From the NCBI GenBank assembly GCA_963840645.1, contig CAWIZL010000004.1, positions 87,121 to 151,120 on the forward strand: a stretch of 64,000 nt of DNA, written 5' to 3'. Positions 43,291-54,467 of this stretch are shown piece by piece. Below the pieces are notes generated by a model, which saw nothing but the letters and a program-made list of their open reading frames with translations, ran no database searches and was not told the DNA's origin. The DNA is from Candidatus Doudnabacteria bacterium. Its GTDB lineage: Bacteria; Patescibacteriota; Doudnabacteria; UBA920; VMFF01. Position numbers and translations under genes: made by a program. Each line of letters begins with the position of its first letter. Positions within the stretch are counted from its first letter, which is position 1.

Positions 43291-43524
43291 TTACTCCCCA
43301 ATGTACTCAAACCGCGCAAATGTTTTTCCATCGCGAGTGACTGTTTCAAAAAACATTTCTAGAGGCCGAATATTCAGCAGATCTGGATCTAGCCCTTCAC
43401 GAGTGTACAATGCCTTATAAACGACAAAGCGTTCTTCTGTTTCGCTGTGGCGAGCAATGCCAATGACCTGGTACATGTCGCCCTTGAAGTGTCTGTACTT
43501 GCCGAGGCGGATTTTATCTTCCAT
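43291..43524 (-). CDS. DUF1653-like small protein
   Basis: GKYRHFKGDMYQVIGIARHSETEERFVVYKALY pattern. Confidence 0.5.
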   Translation of the reverse strand: MEDKIRLGKYRHFKGDMYQVIGIARHSETEERFVVYKALYTREGLDPDLLNIRPLEMFFETVTRDGKTFARFEYIGE

Positions 43525-43539
43525 TTTTATAAAAATTTC

Positions 43540-43616
43540 TGGCGGAACCGAGGGGACTCGAACCCCCGACCTTCCGCGTGACAGGCGGACGCTCTAACCA
43601 GCTGAGCTACAGGTCC
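43540..43616 (-). tRNA. tRNA-Asp (GUC)
   Basis: GGACCTG-TA-GCTCAGCTGGTTAGAGC-G-TCCGC-CTGTCAC-GCGGA-AGGTC-GGGGGTTCGAGTCCCCT-CGGTTCC-G-CCA. One C4:U69 acceptor mismatch. Confidence 0.8.
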
Positions 43617-43682
43617 ACGTGGTGGACGAACACTGTAAACGAAAACGTGTCACGTACTCCTCACACAAAACTTTGCACCTCT

Positions 43683-43759
43683 TGGTAGCGGAGAGTGGAA
43701 TTGCACCACTGACCTTGGGCTTATGAGTCCCACGCTCTAACTAACTGAGCTACTCCGCC
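43683..43759 (-). tRNA. tRNA-Met (CAU); elongator or Ile2-type; unusual T-loop UGCAAUU
   Basis: GGCGGAG-TA-GCTCAGTTAGTTAGAGC...TGGGA-CTCATAA-GCCCA...AGTGG-TGCAATT-CCACT-CTCCGCT-A-CCA. Confidence 0.7.
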
Positions 43760-43852
43760 ATGCACCAGAGTACCTGCGCTAGAAACCGCGCCACAAGCCA
43801 AAACCCTCGAACAGAGGGCTTTGATCTGTCACGATTTAGGTTTGAAAGTTTT

Positions 43853-43929
43853 TTGGTTGCGGGGGCCGGACTCGAACCGCCAACCTCAAGGTTATGAGCC
43901 TTGCGAGCTGCCAATTGCTCTATCCCGCT
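43853..43929 (-). tRNA. tRNA-Met (CAU), initiator-like (1:72 unpaired; 3' half nearly identical to E. coli tRNA-fMet)
   Basis: ...CAAGG-CTCATAA-CCTTG-AGGTTG-GCGGTTCGAGTCCGGC-CCCCGCA-A-CCA. Confidence 0.7.
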
Positions 43930-44002
43930 GCCTAAAAATATATCACCTATGAATGAAAAAAGCAAGGAGCCGAAGCCTCTTGCTGGGTAGTATTTGATGC
44001 GC

Positions 44003-44293
44003 TCAGTCTTGGAAACAGCTGGCACACAGGTGCTTAATTGCCTCTATCTCCTGCACCGAAGTCCCAAGCTCTGCGAGCGTGGTGCTGGCTAACCGAGCGT
44101 GTAGTAAAACCTTGCTCGCGTATACCCAACGATCGACATCGCTTTCTTTGCTGTTCCTCGCCAGAGCCAGGTACGCAGCGGCAAGGGTGCGCTCATCGAA
44201 CTGCTTACTTGCGGTTGAAGTCTTCTGGTCTACCTTCGTGTCCTGTCCAGCTGCTGTTCCAGCAAGTACCAGGAATAGAACGGCTGCTCTCAT
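44003..44293 (-). CDS. 96-aa secreted protein (signal peptide), hypothetical
   Basis: MRAAVLFLVLAGTAAGQD... Strong SD AGGAGG 9 nt upstream. Confidence 0.45.
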   Translation of the reverse strand: MRAAVLFLVLAGTAAGQDTKVDQKTSTASKQFDERTLAAAYLALARNSKESDVDRWVYASKVLLHARLASTTLAELGTSVQEIEAIKHLCASCFQD

Positions 44294-44340
44294 TCGAAAA
44301 TTCCTCCTTTCGGACAAGTTCATTGTAAACCCGTTGTGGC

Positions 44341-44372
44341 AAAAACAAAAGCATCCCCTATTTTGGGGGATG
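44341..44372 (-). terminator. intrinsic terminator after cca (8-bp GC stem gcatcccc/ggggatgc plus T-tract on minus)
   Basis: Read directly. Confidence 0.6.
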
Positions 44373-44522
44373 CCTGACTCTCCGCGTGTTGCTAATTTTT
44401 GCAACATCTTTTTGCTACATCCCGAGTGTAACACGGGCTTGTAGTAGTGGTTGGTAAGCGGCTACCTGTGTGCTTCCGTGAACGTCAGCTCTGGAGCGCT
44501 CTGTACACCTGAAGCGTAGCTC

Positions 44523-45995
44523 TCACAGCCTGTGGATGTCAAGCTTTTTTATGAACGCCATTGCTGAACGTCTGTCGCCAACTTTTTTATCAAGCTGTGC
44601 AAGTGCAACGGCACGTAGAATTTTCCCAACGCGCTCCCCTGGCTTGATGCTCAAGGTAGCCATCACATCGTGGCCGGTGACAAATTCTTTGGAAATTACT
44701 TTTCTGTCGCGGCGAATTTGACGAATGACCGCCCGGAGCTTTGACGTATCTTTTGGAATAAACTTTCCTTTGGTGTCAGTCATCTTTGCGCCGAGGCTGT
44801 CTGCGATGCGAAGCCTCACAATGCTCTCGGCGCGAGGATCCCTTGCCCACTTCAAGCGGCTCTCGACGTCAGCCGGCGTTGGCGTCACCGTGAAGTCCAT
44901 GTGGTGGCTGGTGAGGTGCACGAGGTCATCGCGCAGGGCCGCAGGAAATGCCAGACGCTCAGCAACACCTTTGACCATTCCAGCGCCAACGTGCGCGTGG
45001 CCGTAGAAAGATACGTGAACCCTCCGGTTGCGCACAACTTTTTTTCCAGTGCCAAACTTTCCGAGGTCGTGCAGGAAGCCCGCCCATCGCAATTCTGGCG
45101 GCGCGTCTTTCAGTTGGCTGAGAACTGCGAGCGTGTGCTTGAACACGTTGCCCTCTGCATGGTAGTTGCGAGACTGCGCAACGTGCTTCAGGCGTTCGAC
45201 CTCTGGAAAGATCGCGGCGAGGAGGCCAAGTTTATCTAAAAGCTTGATGCCGTCTAGGTAACTACCACTAGAAATAATTTTATTCAGCTCCAAAAAAATT
45301 CGCTGCCCAGGCACCTGGCCAATGAGCGCTGCGTGCTTTTTAACTGCAGCTGCATCAGCGCTGCCAATGGTGAAGCCGAGCGTGGCAGCAAAGCGAACAG
45401 CCCGCAGCATCCGCAGCGGGTCTTCTCTAATGCGTGCAGTGGGCTTTCCAACAAAACGTAAAACCCTCTTGCCTAAATCTCGCAACCCGCCGTAGAAATC
45501 CAGCAGTCTTTTCGTACCAGGGTCGTAGTAGAGCGCGTTGACCGTGAAGTCTCGCCTGGCAGCGTCTTGCTCAGCAGTATCCACAAATTTGACGCTGTCT
45601 GGGTGGCGGGCATCACCGTACTGGCTATCAATTCTGAACGTGGTAATCTCAGTGCCACCTTGCACGCCAACAGTGCCAAACTTCTCGCCAACGTCATAAA
45701 AACTTTCTCCTAACTTTGCAAGGAGGTTTTTGAGCTGCGCCGGGGTTGCCTCAGTTGCAATATCTACGTCAGCCGACTTCACACCGAGTAGCGCATCGCG
45801 CACTGCGCCACCCACAATGTACGTCTGCGGGTACACACGCTGAATTTTTTTGCACAGCCGGCTTGCGCGTGGAAAAGCAAAGTCGAGGTTTGCCGCGCTA
45901 CTCTTCAAGGACACCCTCGCTGCCAATGCCGTGCGTGCCGCGGTGCACGTTGCGCTTGGCAACCTGAAGCCGTGCCAGGTTGTACTGGAGCGCAC
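44523..45995 (-). CDS. cca: CCA-adding enzyme / tRNA nucleotidyltransferase with HD domain; start codon uncertain (annotated ORF overlaps atpC)
   Basis: YIVGGAVRDALLG...DVDIAT...RRDFTVNALYYD head domain. FLHDLGK HD motif. Confidence 0.75.
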   Translation of the reverse strand: MRSSTTWHGFRLPSATCTAARTALAARVSLKSSAANLDFAFPRASRLCKKIQRVYPQTYIVGGAVRDALLGVKSADVDIATEATPAQLKNLLAKLGESFYDVGEKFGTVGVQGGTEITTFRIDSQYGDARHPDSVKFVDTAEQDAARRDFTVNALYYDPGTKRLLDFYGGLRDLGKRVLRFVGKPTARIREDPLRMLRAVRFAATLGFTIGSADAAAVKKHAALIGQVPGQRIFLELNKIISSGSYLDGIKLLDKLGLLAAIFPEVERLKHVAQSRNYHAEGNVFKHTLAVLSQLKDAPPELRWAGFLHDLGKFGTGKKVVRNRRVHVSFYGHAHVGAGMVKGVAERLAFPAALRDDLVHLTSHHMDFTVTPTPADVESRLKWARDPRAESIVRLRIADSLGAKMTDTKGKFIPKDTSKLRAVIRQIRRDRKVISKEFVTGHDVMATLSIKPGERVGKILRAVALAQLDKKVGDRRSAMAFIKKLDIHRL

Positions 45996-46359
45996 CTGCC
46001 AGGCGCTCGTAGTCTTCCTCAGATTTGCCGGCGGCCACAGCTGCCATGTCTGCTTCAGCCTTCTTCTTTGCCACCTCTACTGCTGCAGCATCAATCTCTG
46101 TGAAGTGTTCCGCGCTGTCTGCCAGGATCACCACCTCGCTATTTGGCCGCACCTCGACAAATCCACCTGACACTGCGTAGTAGTGCGTGGCTGCACCAAC
46201 GTGAGCAGCTAGTTCACCGGCAACAAGGTTTGAGATGATCGGCACGTGGTTTGGCAGAATGGTGATCTGCCCGGTTGACGTTGGACACGCCAGAGAAGAA
46301 GCGTCTTCTTCCAAGAGCGTCTTTTCTGGGGTTACGATTTTTATGTGTAAGTTAGGCAC
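45898..46359 (-). CDS. atpC: ATP synthase epsilon subunit
   Basis: MPNLHIKIVTPEKTLLEEDASSLACPTSTGQITILPNHVPII. Confidence 0.85.
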   Translation of the reverse strand: MPNLHIKIVTPEKTLLEEDASSLACPTSTGQITILPNHVPIISNLVAGELAAHVGAATHYYAVSGGFVEVRPNSEVVILADSAEHFTEIDAAAVEVAKKKAEADMAAVAAGKSEEDYERLAGALQYNLARLQVAKRNVHRGTHGIGSEGVLEE

Positions 46360-46453
46360 AAATAGTCAGTATAAATATTTAGTAGTCGTGCAGAGACAGC
46401 ATAAGTTTTGGCGGAGAACTTTCCAAGGGTTGCCTACCGTATACCCACACTAG

Positions 46454-47887
<1,434 letters not shown>

Positions 47888-47906
47888 TTAATTGCTATGT
47901 GCGTCC

Positions 47907-48783
47907 TCATTCTAGTGCAATCCTACCAGCGGTAAGCTCTGCCAGCTCCTGCGTAATGTTTGCCTGGCGAAGTTGGTTGTAGCTGAACGTCAGGTCTGTG
48001 ATGAGATCGCCGGCTGCGTCAGTTGCGTTCGCCATCATCACCATGCGGGCCGAGTGCTCTGATGCGTTGCTCTCGAGGACTGCCTGGTAAATTTGTGACT
48101 CAATGATTCGCGGCAGCAGGTGGTTGAGCACCTCTTGCGGGTCTGGCTCGTACAGGTAGTCGTAGCTTTTTCCAGCGACGCGGCTGCTGGCGTTGCTGAA
48201 CGGCAGCAGCTGAACAACGGTCGGCGTCTGCTTGAGCGTAGAGTTGAACTTTGTGTAAGCAACAACAACCTCTGCGTACGTGCCCTTCACGTACTCGCCC
48301 ACCAAGAGCTTTGCGATTGGGAAGATGGCATCAATGCTTACCTGCTTCTCTGGCTTGTCAAACTCTGCGAAAATCTTTTCGTGCATGCGGATAGCCAAGC
48401 GCCCTGCCCTTCTTGCCGAACGTCGCAACCTCACCGACGAGGTGCGCCTCCATTTCTCGCTCACGCACGTACGCCGCAACCTTGCTGACCAAGTTCGTGT
48501 TCAAGCTGCCTACCTGCCCCCTGTTTGGCGTAATGAGCAGCACGCCGATTTTTTTAGCGTTCGGGTTTTGCCTCAGCAAAGGGTGGCTGGATTCATCATC
48601 GTTCTGTGAAGCCTGCAGGTTGCCAATGACGTCCCACGCGAGGTCTGCGTAGCTCCTGCTCGCCAGCACCACCGCCTGCGCCTTGCGCATCTTGACCGCT
48701 GAAATCATCTGCATTGCGCGCGTGATCTTCTTGGTGCTGGAGATAGACTTTATTCGACGTTTTATTTCCTTTGTGCCTGGCAT
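47907..48783 (-). CDS. atpG: ATP synthase gamma subunit; one frameshift near 48420
   Basis: N-terminal MPGTKEIKRRIKSISSTKKITRAMQMISAVKMRKAQ in ORF 48358..48783. C-terminal ...SEHSARMVMMANATDAAGDLI in ORF 47907..48479. Confidence 0.85.
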
Positions 48784-48792
48784 CTGGGTGCT

Positions 48793-50295
48793 TTAAGAGT
48801 TTGGGTACCCGCTCTTGAATGACGCGATTGCAGCCTTGAGCGCGCCTTCTGTTTCGGGCGTTAGCTCTTTGCTTGTACGCAGCGCGTCCATTACGTCTGA
48901 ACCCTGCGTGTCCATGAACTTGTGGAACTCCACTTCGCACTTTGCAATGTTCTCGACAGCCACGTCGTTGAGGTAGCCGTTCGTGACAGCGTAGATAATG
49001 GCGACCTGGTGCTCAACGGCCATTGGGGTGTACTGTGCCTGCTTCATGACTTCTGTTGTGCGGCTTCCCAAGTCGAGCTGCGTGCGGGTGGCCTCGTCGA
49101 GGTCAGAGCCAAACTGGGCAAACGATGCCAGCTCGCGGTACTGCGCCATGGTGAGGCGCAGCTTGCCAGCTACTTTCTTCATGGCCTTGGTCTGTGCTGA
49201 AGAGCCGACGCGCGACACTGAGATGCCCACGTTCACAGCTGGACGAATGCCCTGGTAGAACAAATCTGACTCAAGGTAAATTTGGCCGTCTGTAATTGAA
49301 ATGACGTTTGTTGGAATGTACGCTGACACATCGCCTGCCTGCGTCTCAATAATTGGCAGCGCGGTAATGGATCCACCACCAAAATCTTTGTTCAGCTTTG
49401 CCGCGCGCTCGAGCAGGCGCGAGTGTAGGTAGAAGACGTCGCCTGGGTACGCCTCACGGCCTGGCGGCCTGCGCAGGAGCAGCGAAATTTCACGGTACGC
49501 AACAGCGTGCTTTGAGAGGTCGTCGTACACAATGAGCACGTCTTTACCCTGGTCCATAAAGTACTCGCCCATTGCAACGCCAGTGTACGGCGCAATGTAC
49601 GACATTGAAGCTGGCTCTGACGCACCTGACACCACAATGGTCGTGTAGCCCATTGCGCCACGCTCTGTGAGCTCTGCCACAATGCGCGCAACCTTAGATT
49701 CTTTCTGGCCAATGGCAACGTAGATGCACGTCACGCCCTGGCCCTTTTGGTTGATGATGGCATCGAGTGCAATGGCTGTCTTGCCTGTCTGGCGATCGCC
49801 AATGATGAGCTCTCGCTGTCCGCGCCCAATTGGGATAATGGCATCGATAGCCTTGATGCCTGTCTGCAGAGGCTTCTTAACAGATTCGCGGGTGATCACA
49901 CCAGGCGCAACTTTCTCTACTGGGTAGAACTTGTCTGACTTTATGGCACCCTTGCCGTCCACTGGCTGGCCGAGCGCATTGACCACGCGGCCAACAACAG
50001 CCTCGCCAACTGGCACAGAGAGAATGCGGCCCGTTGCGCGCACAACCTGCCCTGGCTTGAGCTTCAAGAAATCGCCGAACACAATGGCGCCAATGCTGCC
50101 CTCTTCAAGGTTCAAAGCAACGCCGAGCACGCCATCTTCAAACTCGAGCATCTCTGATGATGCCACCTGCGACAGGCCCGAGATGCGTGCAATGCCGTCT
50201 GCCACCTCAATGACAGTGCCAACCTGCTCTACCGAAACGGAGGAGCTGAACTTGGCTATCTTGTCTCTGAGGTTTGTGATAATTTGTTCGTTCAT
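48793..50295 (-). CDS. atpA: ATP synthase alpha subunit
   Basis: [18 protein letters not shown] Walker A. Start [16 protein letters not shown]. Confidence 0.95.
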   Translation of the reverse strand: MNEQIITNLRDKIAKFSSSVSVEQVGTVIEVADGIARISGLSQVASSEMLEFEDGVLGVALNLEEGSIGAIVFGDFLKLKPGQVVRATGRILSVPVGEAVVGRVVNALGQPVDGKGAIKSDKFYPVEKVAPGVITRESVKKPLQTGIKAIDAIIPIGRGQRELIIGDRQTGKTAIALDAIINQKGQGVTCIYVAIGQKESKVARIVAELTERGAMGYTTIVVSGASEPASMSYIAPYTGVAMGEYFMDQGKDVLIVYDDLSKHAVAYREISLLLRRPPGREAYPGDVFYLHSRLLERAAKLNKDFGGGSITALPIIETQAGDVSAYIPTNVISITDGQIYLESDLFYQGIRPAVNVGISVSRVGSSAQTKAMKKVAGKLRLTMAQYRELASFAQFGSDLDEATRTQLDLGSRTTEVMKQAQYTPMAVEHQVAIIYAVTNGYLNDVAVENIAKCEVEFHKFMDTQGSDVMDALRTSKELTPETEGALKAAIASFKSGYPNS

Positions 50296-50320
50296 GTTCG
50301 TGGTGTGTGAATAGTGTTCA

Positions 50321-50716
50321 TTACGATTCCATTTCCTGTGCCAGCCTTCGCAGCTGCGTTTCGAGCGATGCGTCAATGAGCGTGTCGCCTGCCCTGATGA
50401 CCACGCCGCCGAGGAGCTTTTCATCAACGTGCTGGGTAACCTGCACCTTGCTGCCTATGATCTTGTTGAGGTCTGCCACAAATTGGGCGTTTGGTTTCGC
50501 ACCGCGCACCGTGGTGACGCTCACCTCTTTCACGCCGCTGCTCGCCAGGTCGAGCGACCTGTACTCTGCCTCAATCTCAGCGTGCATACCCACAGCCCCA
50601 TTCTGCACGAGCACCTGGACAAAGCTATCGAGCACCTTGTCGTGGTCCTTTGGCGCTGTCTCTTGGATAGCCCCGTACAGTGCCTCAGCGTACTGCTTTG
50701 CGGTTAGCGCCCTCAT
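50321..50716 (-). CDS. atpH: ATP synthase delta subunit (short form)
   Basis: ...[26 protein letters not shown]. Confidence 0.75.
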   Translation of the reverse strand: MRALTAKQYAEALYGAIQETAPKDHDKVLDSFVQVLVQNGAVGMHAEIEAEYRSLDLASSGVKEVSVTTVRGAKPNAQFVADLNKIIGSKVQVTQHVDEKLLGGVVIRAGDTLIDASLETQLRRLAQEMES

Positions 50717-51207
50717 AGCGTTTTCAGAGTCTCCTTAATGAGCTCCTGGTCTTTGGCTGAATCGAGCTTCTCGCGGATGATTTTTTCTGTTGCCATGGTC
50801 ACCAAAGTCGCGGCGTACTCTTTCACCTCACGAATGAGCTTTGCCTTCTCATCCTCTAGCTGAACCTTTGTCTGGGCAACGAGCTGCTCAGAGGCCTTTC
50901 TTGCATCAGCCACGATCTGCTCGCCAGTTTTCTTTGCCGTCACCTGCGCGCGGTCAATGACAGCAGCAGCCTCTGCCTGTGCTTTTGCCATTTCCTCTTT
51001 TCTAAATTTGGCTGCAGCAGCGTGCTGCGCCTCAATGTCTGCCTGCTGCGCAATTGACTTCTCAATCTTCTCGCTGCGCTCGGTGAGCTTCTTGCCGAGC
51101 GGCGTGAACACCCACTTCCACAGCACGAAGAGCACAATGGCAAAGTTCACGAGCTGTGCAATGAACAGCTCCCAGTTTAAACCCAACAGTGTTACAACTT
51201 GGTTCAT
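50713..51207 (-). CDS. atpF: ATP synthase F0 subunit b
   Basis: N-terminal TM plus long Ala/Glu/Lys-rich coiled coil. Confidence 0.8.
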   Translation of the reverse strand: MNQVVTLLGLNWELFIAQLVNFAIVLFVLWKWVFTPLGKKLTERSEKIEKSIAQQADIEAQHAAAAKFRKEEMAKAQAEAAAVIDRAQVTAKKTGEQIVADARKASEQLVAQTKVQLEDEKAKLIREVKEYAATLVTMATEKIIREKLDSAKDQELIKETLKTL

Positions 51208-51280
51208 GGTTTGAAATTTATGTTATGCCCAGGCTCCAGCGGGTTGCCGTTGAACGTTTCAACCCGCTGCTGCCTGAACG

Positions 51281-51565
<285 letters not shown>

Positions 51566-51606
51566 TCAGTTGATTAAGTTCGACTTTTAAAAATTATTGG
51601 CTCACG

Positions 51607-52455
51607 TCATATTGGCTCTACCACGTGAGCGGTATTGCGCGCCCCCTCTTCGCCAGACTCCTCGTGGCCAACGGGCTGGATTGCCACTGCAATGTAGACC
51701 AGCGCCAGCATTGAGAAGACCATTGCCTGAATGAACCCGACGAGCAGCTCGAGGGCCATGAACGGCAGCGGCACAATGTACGCGATGAGCGCGCCGAGCA
51801 CCGTGATGAGCACCTCACCCGCAAACACGTTGCCGAACAACCTGAGCGAGAGTGAGATGACCTTGGCAACCTCTGAAATGATTTCCAGGAGGCCAACGCC
51901 GAACTCTATGACAGCCGTTAAAATTTTTGTTGGGTTCAGAGATGCGAACGCGTGCCACACGTCGCCGAGCTTGATGAACTTGTTTGCGTACTTGAAGAAG
52001 CCGACAGTTGCAACGCCGATGACGTGCGACAGAATTACCGCGAGCAGCGCCATTGCCAGAGTAAGGTTCAGGTCTGTGTTTGCTGGCCTCAAAATTGGGA
52101 TGAACTCTGTTATGCCGCTCGCCGTGCGGAACAGGCCAATTGACCCAAAGCCTGGCAGCAAGCCGAGCCAGTTCGAGAGCAGTATAAAGAGGAACAGGCT
52201 GCCAACAATCGGCAGGTAGCGCAGCGAGACCTTGCGGTCGCGCGTGACCTGGTCAACGTACTTCAGCATGAGCTCCATGAGGCTCTCGAAGAAATTTTGA
52301 ATGCCGCGTGGCACGTCTCTGACGCTTGCTCGAATGAGCAGGCCGCACACAAAGAAAACCACCACAGCTGCACACGACGTGATGTACGTGTTGGTGATTG
52401 ATAGGCTGCCAATACTGAAGACGTGCTCAGCTGCTAGTGGTGGAAGAGAGATCAT
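51607..52455 (-). CDS. atpB: ATP synthase F0 subunit a
   Basis: ...LSLSLRLFGNVFAGEVLI... conserved Arg helix. Confidence 0.85.
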   Translation of the reverse strand: MISLPPLAAEHVFSIGSLSITNTYITSCAAVVVFFVCGLLIRASVRDVPRGIQNFFESLMELMLKYVDQVTRDRKVSLRYLPIVGSLFLFILLSNWLGLLPGFGSIGLFRTASGITEFIPILRPANTDLNLTLAMALLAVILSHVIGVATVGFFKYANKFIKLGDVWHAFASLNPTKILTAVIEFGVGLLEIISEVAKVISLSLRLFGNVFAGEVLITVLGALIAYIVPLPFMALELLVGFIQAMVFSMLALVYIAVAIQPVGHEESGEEGARNTAHVVEPI

Positions 52456-52694
52456 TTCTTTTCTGGAGGTTTCGTACTTTTACTAATAGTTTGAGATGCG
52501 CGCTTGAGCGTGGCAACCATTGCCTCAAAGCGTTGGAACAGCCACGTCACGCTCGAGGCTAGCGCGAGCACAATGCCGACGTAGACCCACGCCTGCGTGT
52601 GGTAGCGCACATCCAGCCACTTGCCAGCAGCTGCGAGCACCACTATTGGCAGCGCAATGATGAAGCCCATTTCAAAAGCAACGCCCAGAACCAA
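52452..52694 (-). CDS. AtpZ/AtpI-like small membrane protein preceding the F0F1 operon
   Basis: 80 aa, two TM helices, positioned upstream of atpB with a 4-nt overlap. Confidence 0.5.
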   Translation of the reverse strand: MVLGVAFEMGFIIALPIVVLAAAGKWLDVRYHTQAWVYVGIVLALASSVTWLFQRFEAMVATLKRASQTISKSTKPPEKK

Positions 52695-52768
52695 CAGCGA
52701 TCCTGGTCACGTAGCCTGATCCTTTATCCATGTGAGGTGCTGTTTTTAATGAACCTGGCTTAACAAAA

Positions 52769-52844
52769 TGGAGCCGATGGTCGGAATCGAACCGACAACC
52801 TACGGTTTACGATACCGTTGCTCTGCCAATTGAGCTACATCGGC
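52769..52844 (-). tRNA. tRNA-Thr (CGU)
   Basis: GCCGATG-TA-GCTC-AATTGGCA-GAGC-A-ACGGT-ATCGTAA-ACCGT-AGGTT-GTCGG-TTCGATT-CCGAC-CATCGGC-T-CCA. Confidence 0.85.
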
Positions 52845-52906
52845 CTAGAACATGTGCCGAACAGAGAACACTCGTATTTTACAGTAAAATTACGCTTCTG
52901 GCAAAA

Positions 52907-53182
52907 TCAGCTATTTCTCGGATATGGCTTAAACGTCAGCCTGTACGTTGCTTTTCCGCCCGATCCCCTGCTCAAAACTTCAACCTTGGTGATTTCATAC
53001 TCATCGCCGCTCCCAAACTCTGCAACAATCTGTCCAATTTTTGGCTCACTATTCAGTTCAATAGTTCGCACGGGGTTGCCCTCTGAATTAAGTCGTGATG
53101 AAATTGCGGGCAGGGTGTCTATTGGCCCTTTCCTTTCAAAGCTACCAGCTGCTGCTTCTTCTGGATTGAAACGTTCTGGCAT
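52907..53182 (-). CDS. hypothetical 91-aa protein
   Basis: ORF only. Confidence 0.3.
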   Translation of the reverse strand: MPERFNPEEAAAGSFERKGPIDTLPAISSRLNSEGNPVRTIELNSEPKIGQIVAEFGSGDEYEITKVEVLSRGSGGKATYRLTFKPYPRNS

Positions 53183-53223
53183 GTAAAACCTTCCCTTAAT
53201 TCTTTCCTTAATTCTAACAAAAC

Positions 53224-54467
53224 CTACATTCCGGCGCTAGAGCTGCCGGCAATCCAGCCCGTTGTCCAGCAAATTTGCAGGCTGAAGCCACCTGACGGGC
53301 GATCAAAGTTCAGGATATCGCCCGCGAGGTACAGGTTTGAGTGCAGCTTTGACTGCATTGTCTTGAAGTCAACCTCTCTGAGCCAACGCCACCAGACGTT
53401 ACAATGGCCTTTTCTGTGCCGAGAAAACCTGAAACAGTCAACGTGAAATTCTTCAGCTGCTGCACAATTTTTGTGCGCTCTGGCTTTGTGAGGGCATTCA
53501 CCTCTTTCTCTCGACCAATTCCTGCTAAGTGCAGCACGGCTGGAATCATCTTTGGCGGGACGATCTCGCCGAGGCTGTTCTTCACTTTCTTGTTCAAAAA
53601 TTTTGCGAGCGTATCCAAAACTTTTTTGTCGAGAGCCTGGACGTCGAGGCTTGGAAACAAATCGAGCTGCAACGTGACAGACCCGTACTTGTACAGGTCT
53701 GCCATTCCCCTGCTCATGTTCAGTACGAGTGGACCGCTCAAACCAAAGTGGGTGAAGAGCAGCTTGCCAGTACGGCTACCTTGTTTTTTGCCATCTTGCA
53801 GCACCGTGATTTTTGCATTAGCAAAACTCAAACCCGACAGCTCTTTCAGCCACGCCTCTTGAATTTTAACTGGCACGAGAGCAGAGCCGTCTTCTTTTAC
53901 CGTGTGGCCAACTTTTCCTAAGAACGACATTCCTTCGCCAGTTGATCCTGTTTCAGGACGAGACTTGCCACCAGTTGCCACAATGTAACTTTTGGCGACA
54001 ATGGTTCCCGTGCTGGTAGCCACACCGACAATTTTTCCACCAGAAACTTTGAAGCCAGCGAAAGCAGCGTTCGGCACAACGTCAACGTGGCCAGTCCTCA
54101 TGTACGCTAGTAAAACTTTCCAGACGTCCTCTGCCCTGTTGCTCTTTGGAAATGCGCGCTGCTCAGCCTCAACTTTAATGGGGAGGCCGTGCGATTCGAA
54201 AAATGAAATTGTGTCCTCAACGCCAAAGCGGCTGAATGCACCAAACAGCGCCTTGCCAGCACTGCCGTACCTTGCAACCATCTTTCGCACGTCGAACTCT
54301 GCGTTGGTAATGTTGCAGCGCCCACCACCCGTAATGAGGAGTTTCTTGCCGAGCTTAGCGTTCTTTTCAATGAGGCAGACTCTTGCGCCCAGCTCAGCTG
54401 CGCGGCCAGCTGCAAGCATTCCAGCAGGCCCACCGCCAACCACCAGCACGTCGTAGGTCTTGTTCAC
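53224..54467 (-). CDS. HI0933-like FAD/NAD(P)-binding flavoprotein (aminoacetone-oxidase family); frameshift near 53355
   Basis: YDVLVVGGGPAGMLAAGRAAELGARV dinucleotide fold. C-terminal ...MQSKLHSNLYLAGDILNFDRPSGGFSLQICWTTGWIAG is in an alternate frame. Confidence 0.7.

Noticed and set aside
43750-44025. 91-aa minus-strand ORF
   Set aside because: It lies entirely over the tRNA-Met and tRNA-fMet genes and their spacers. The tRNAs explain the sequence.
45855-45995. cca N-terminus overlapping atpC by about 100 nt
   Set aside because: This is probably start-codon mis-assignment, or a local indel, rather than a genuine overlap. The first Met of the ORF is used provisionally because no in-frame ATG, GTG or TTG lies nearer the conserved GGAVRD motif.
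48120-50738. Numerous plus-strand ORFs inside the atpG, atpA and atpH region (e.g. 48120..48488, 49931..50314, 50307..50738)
   Set aside because: These are antisense or alternate-frame artefacts within well-supported ATP synthase genes.
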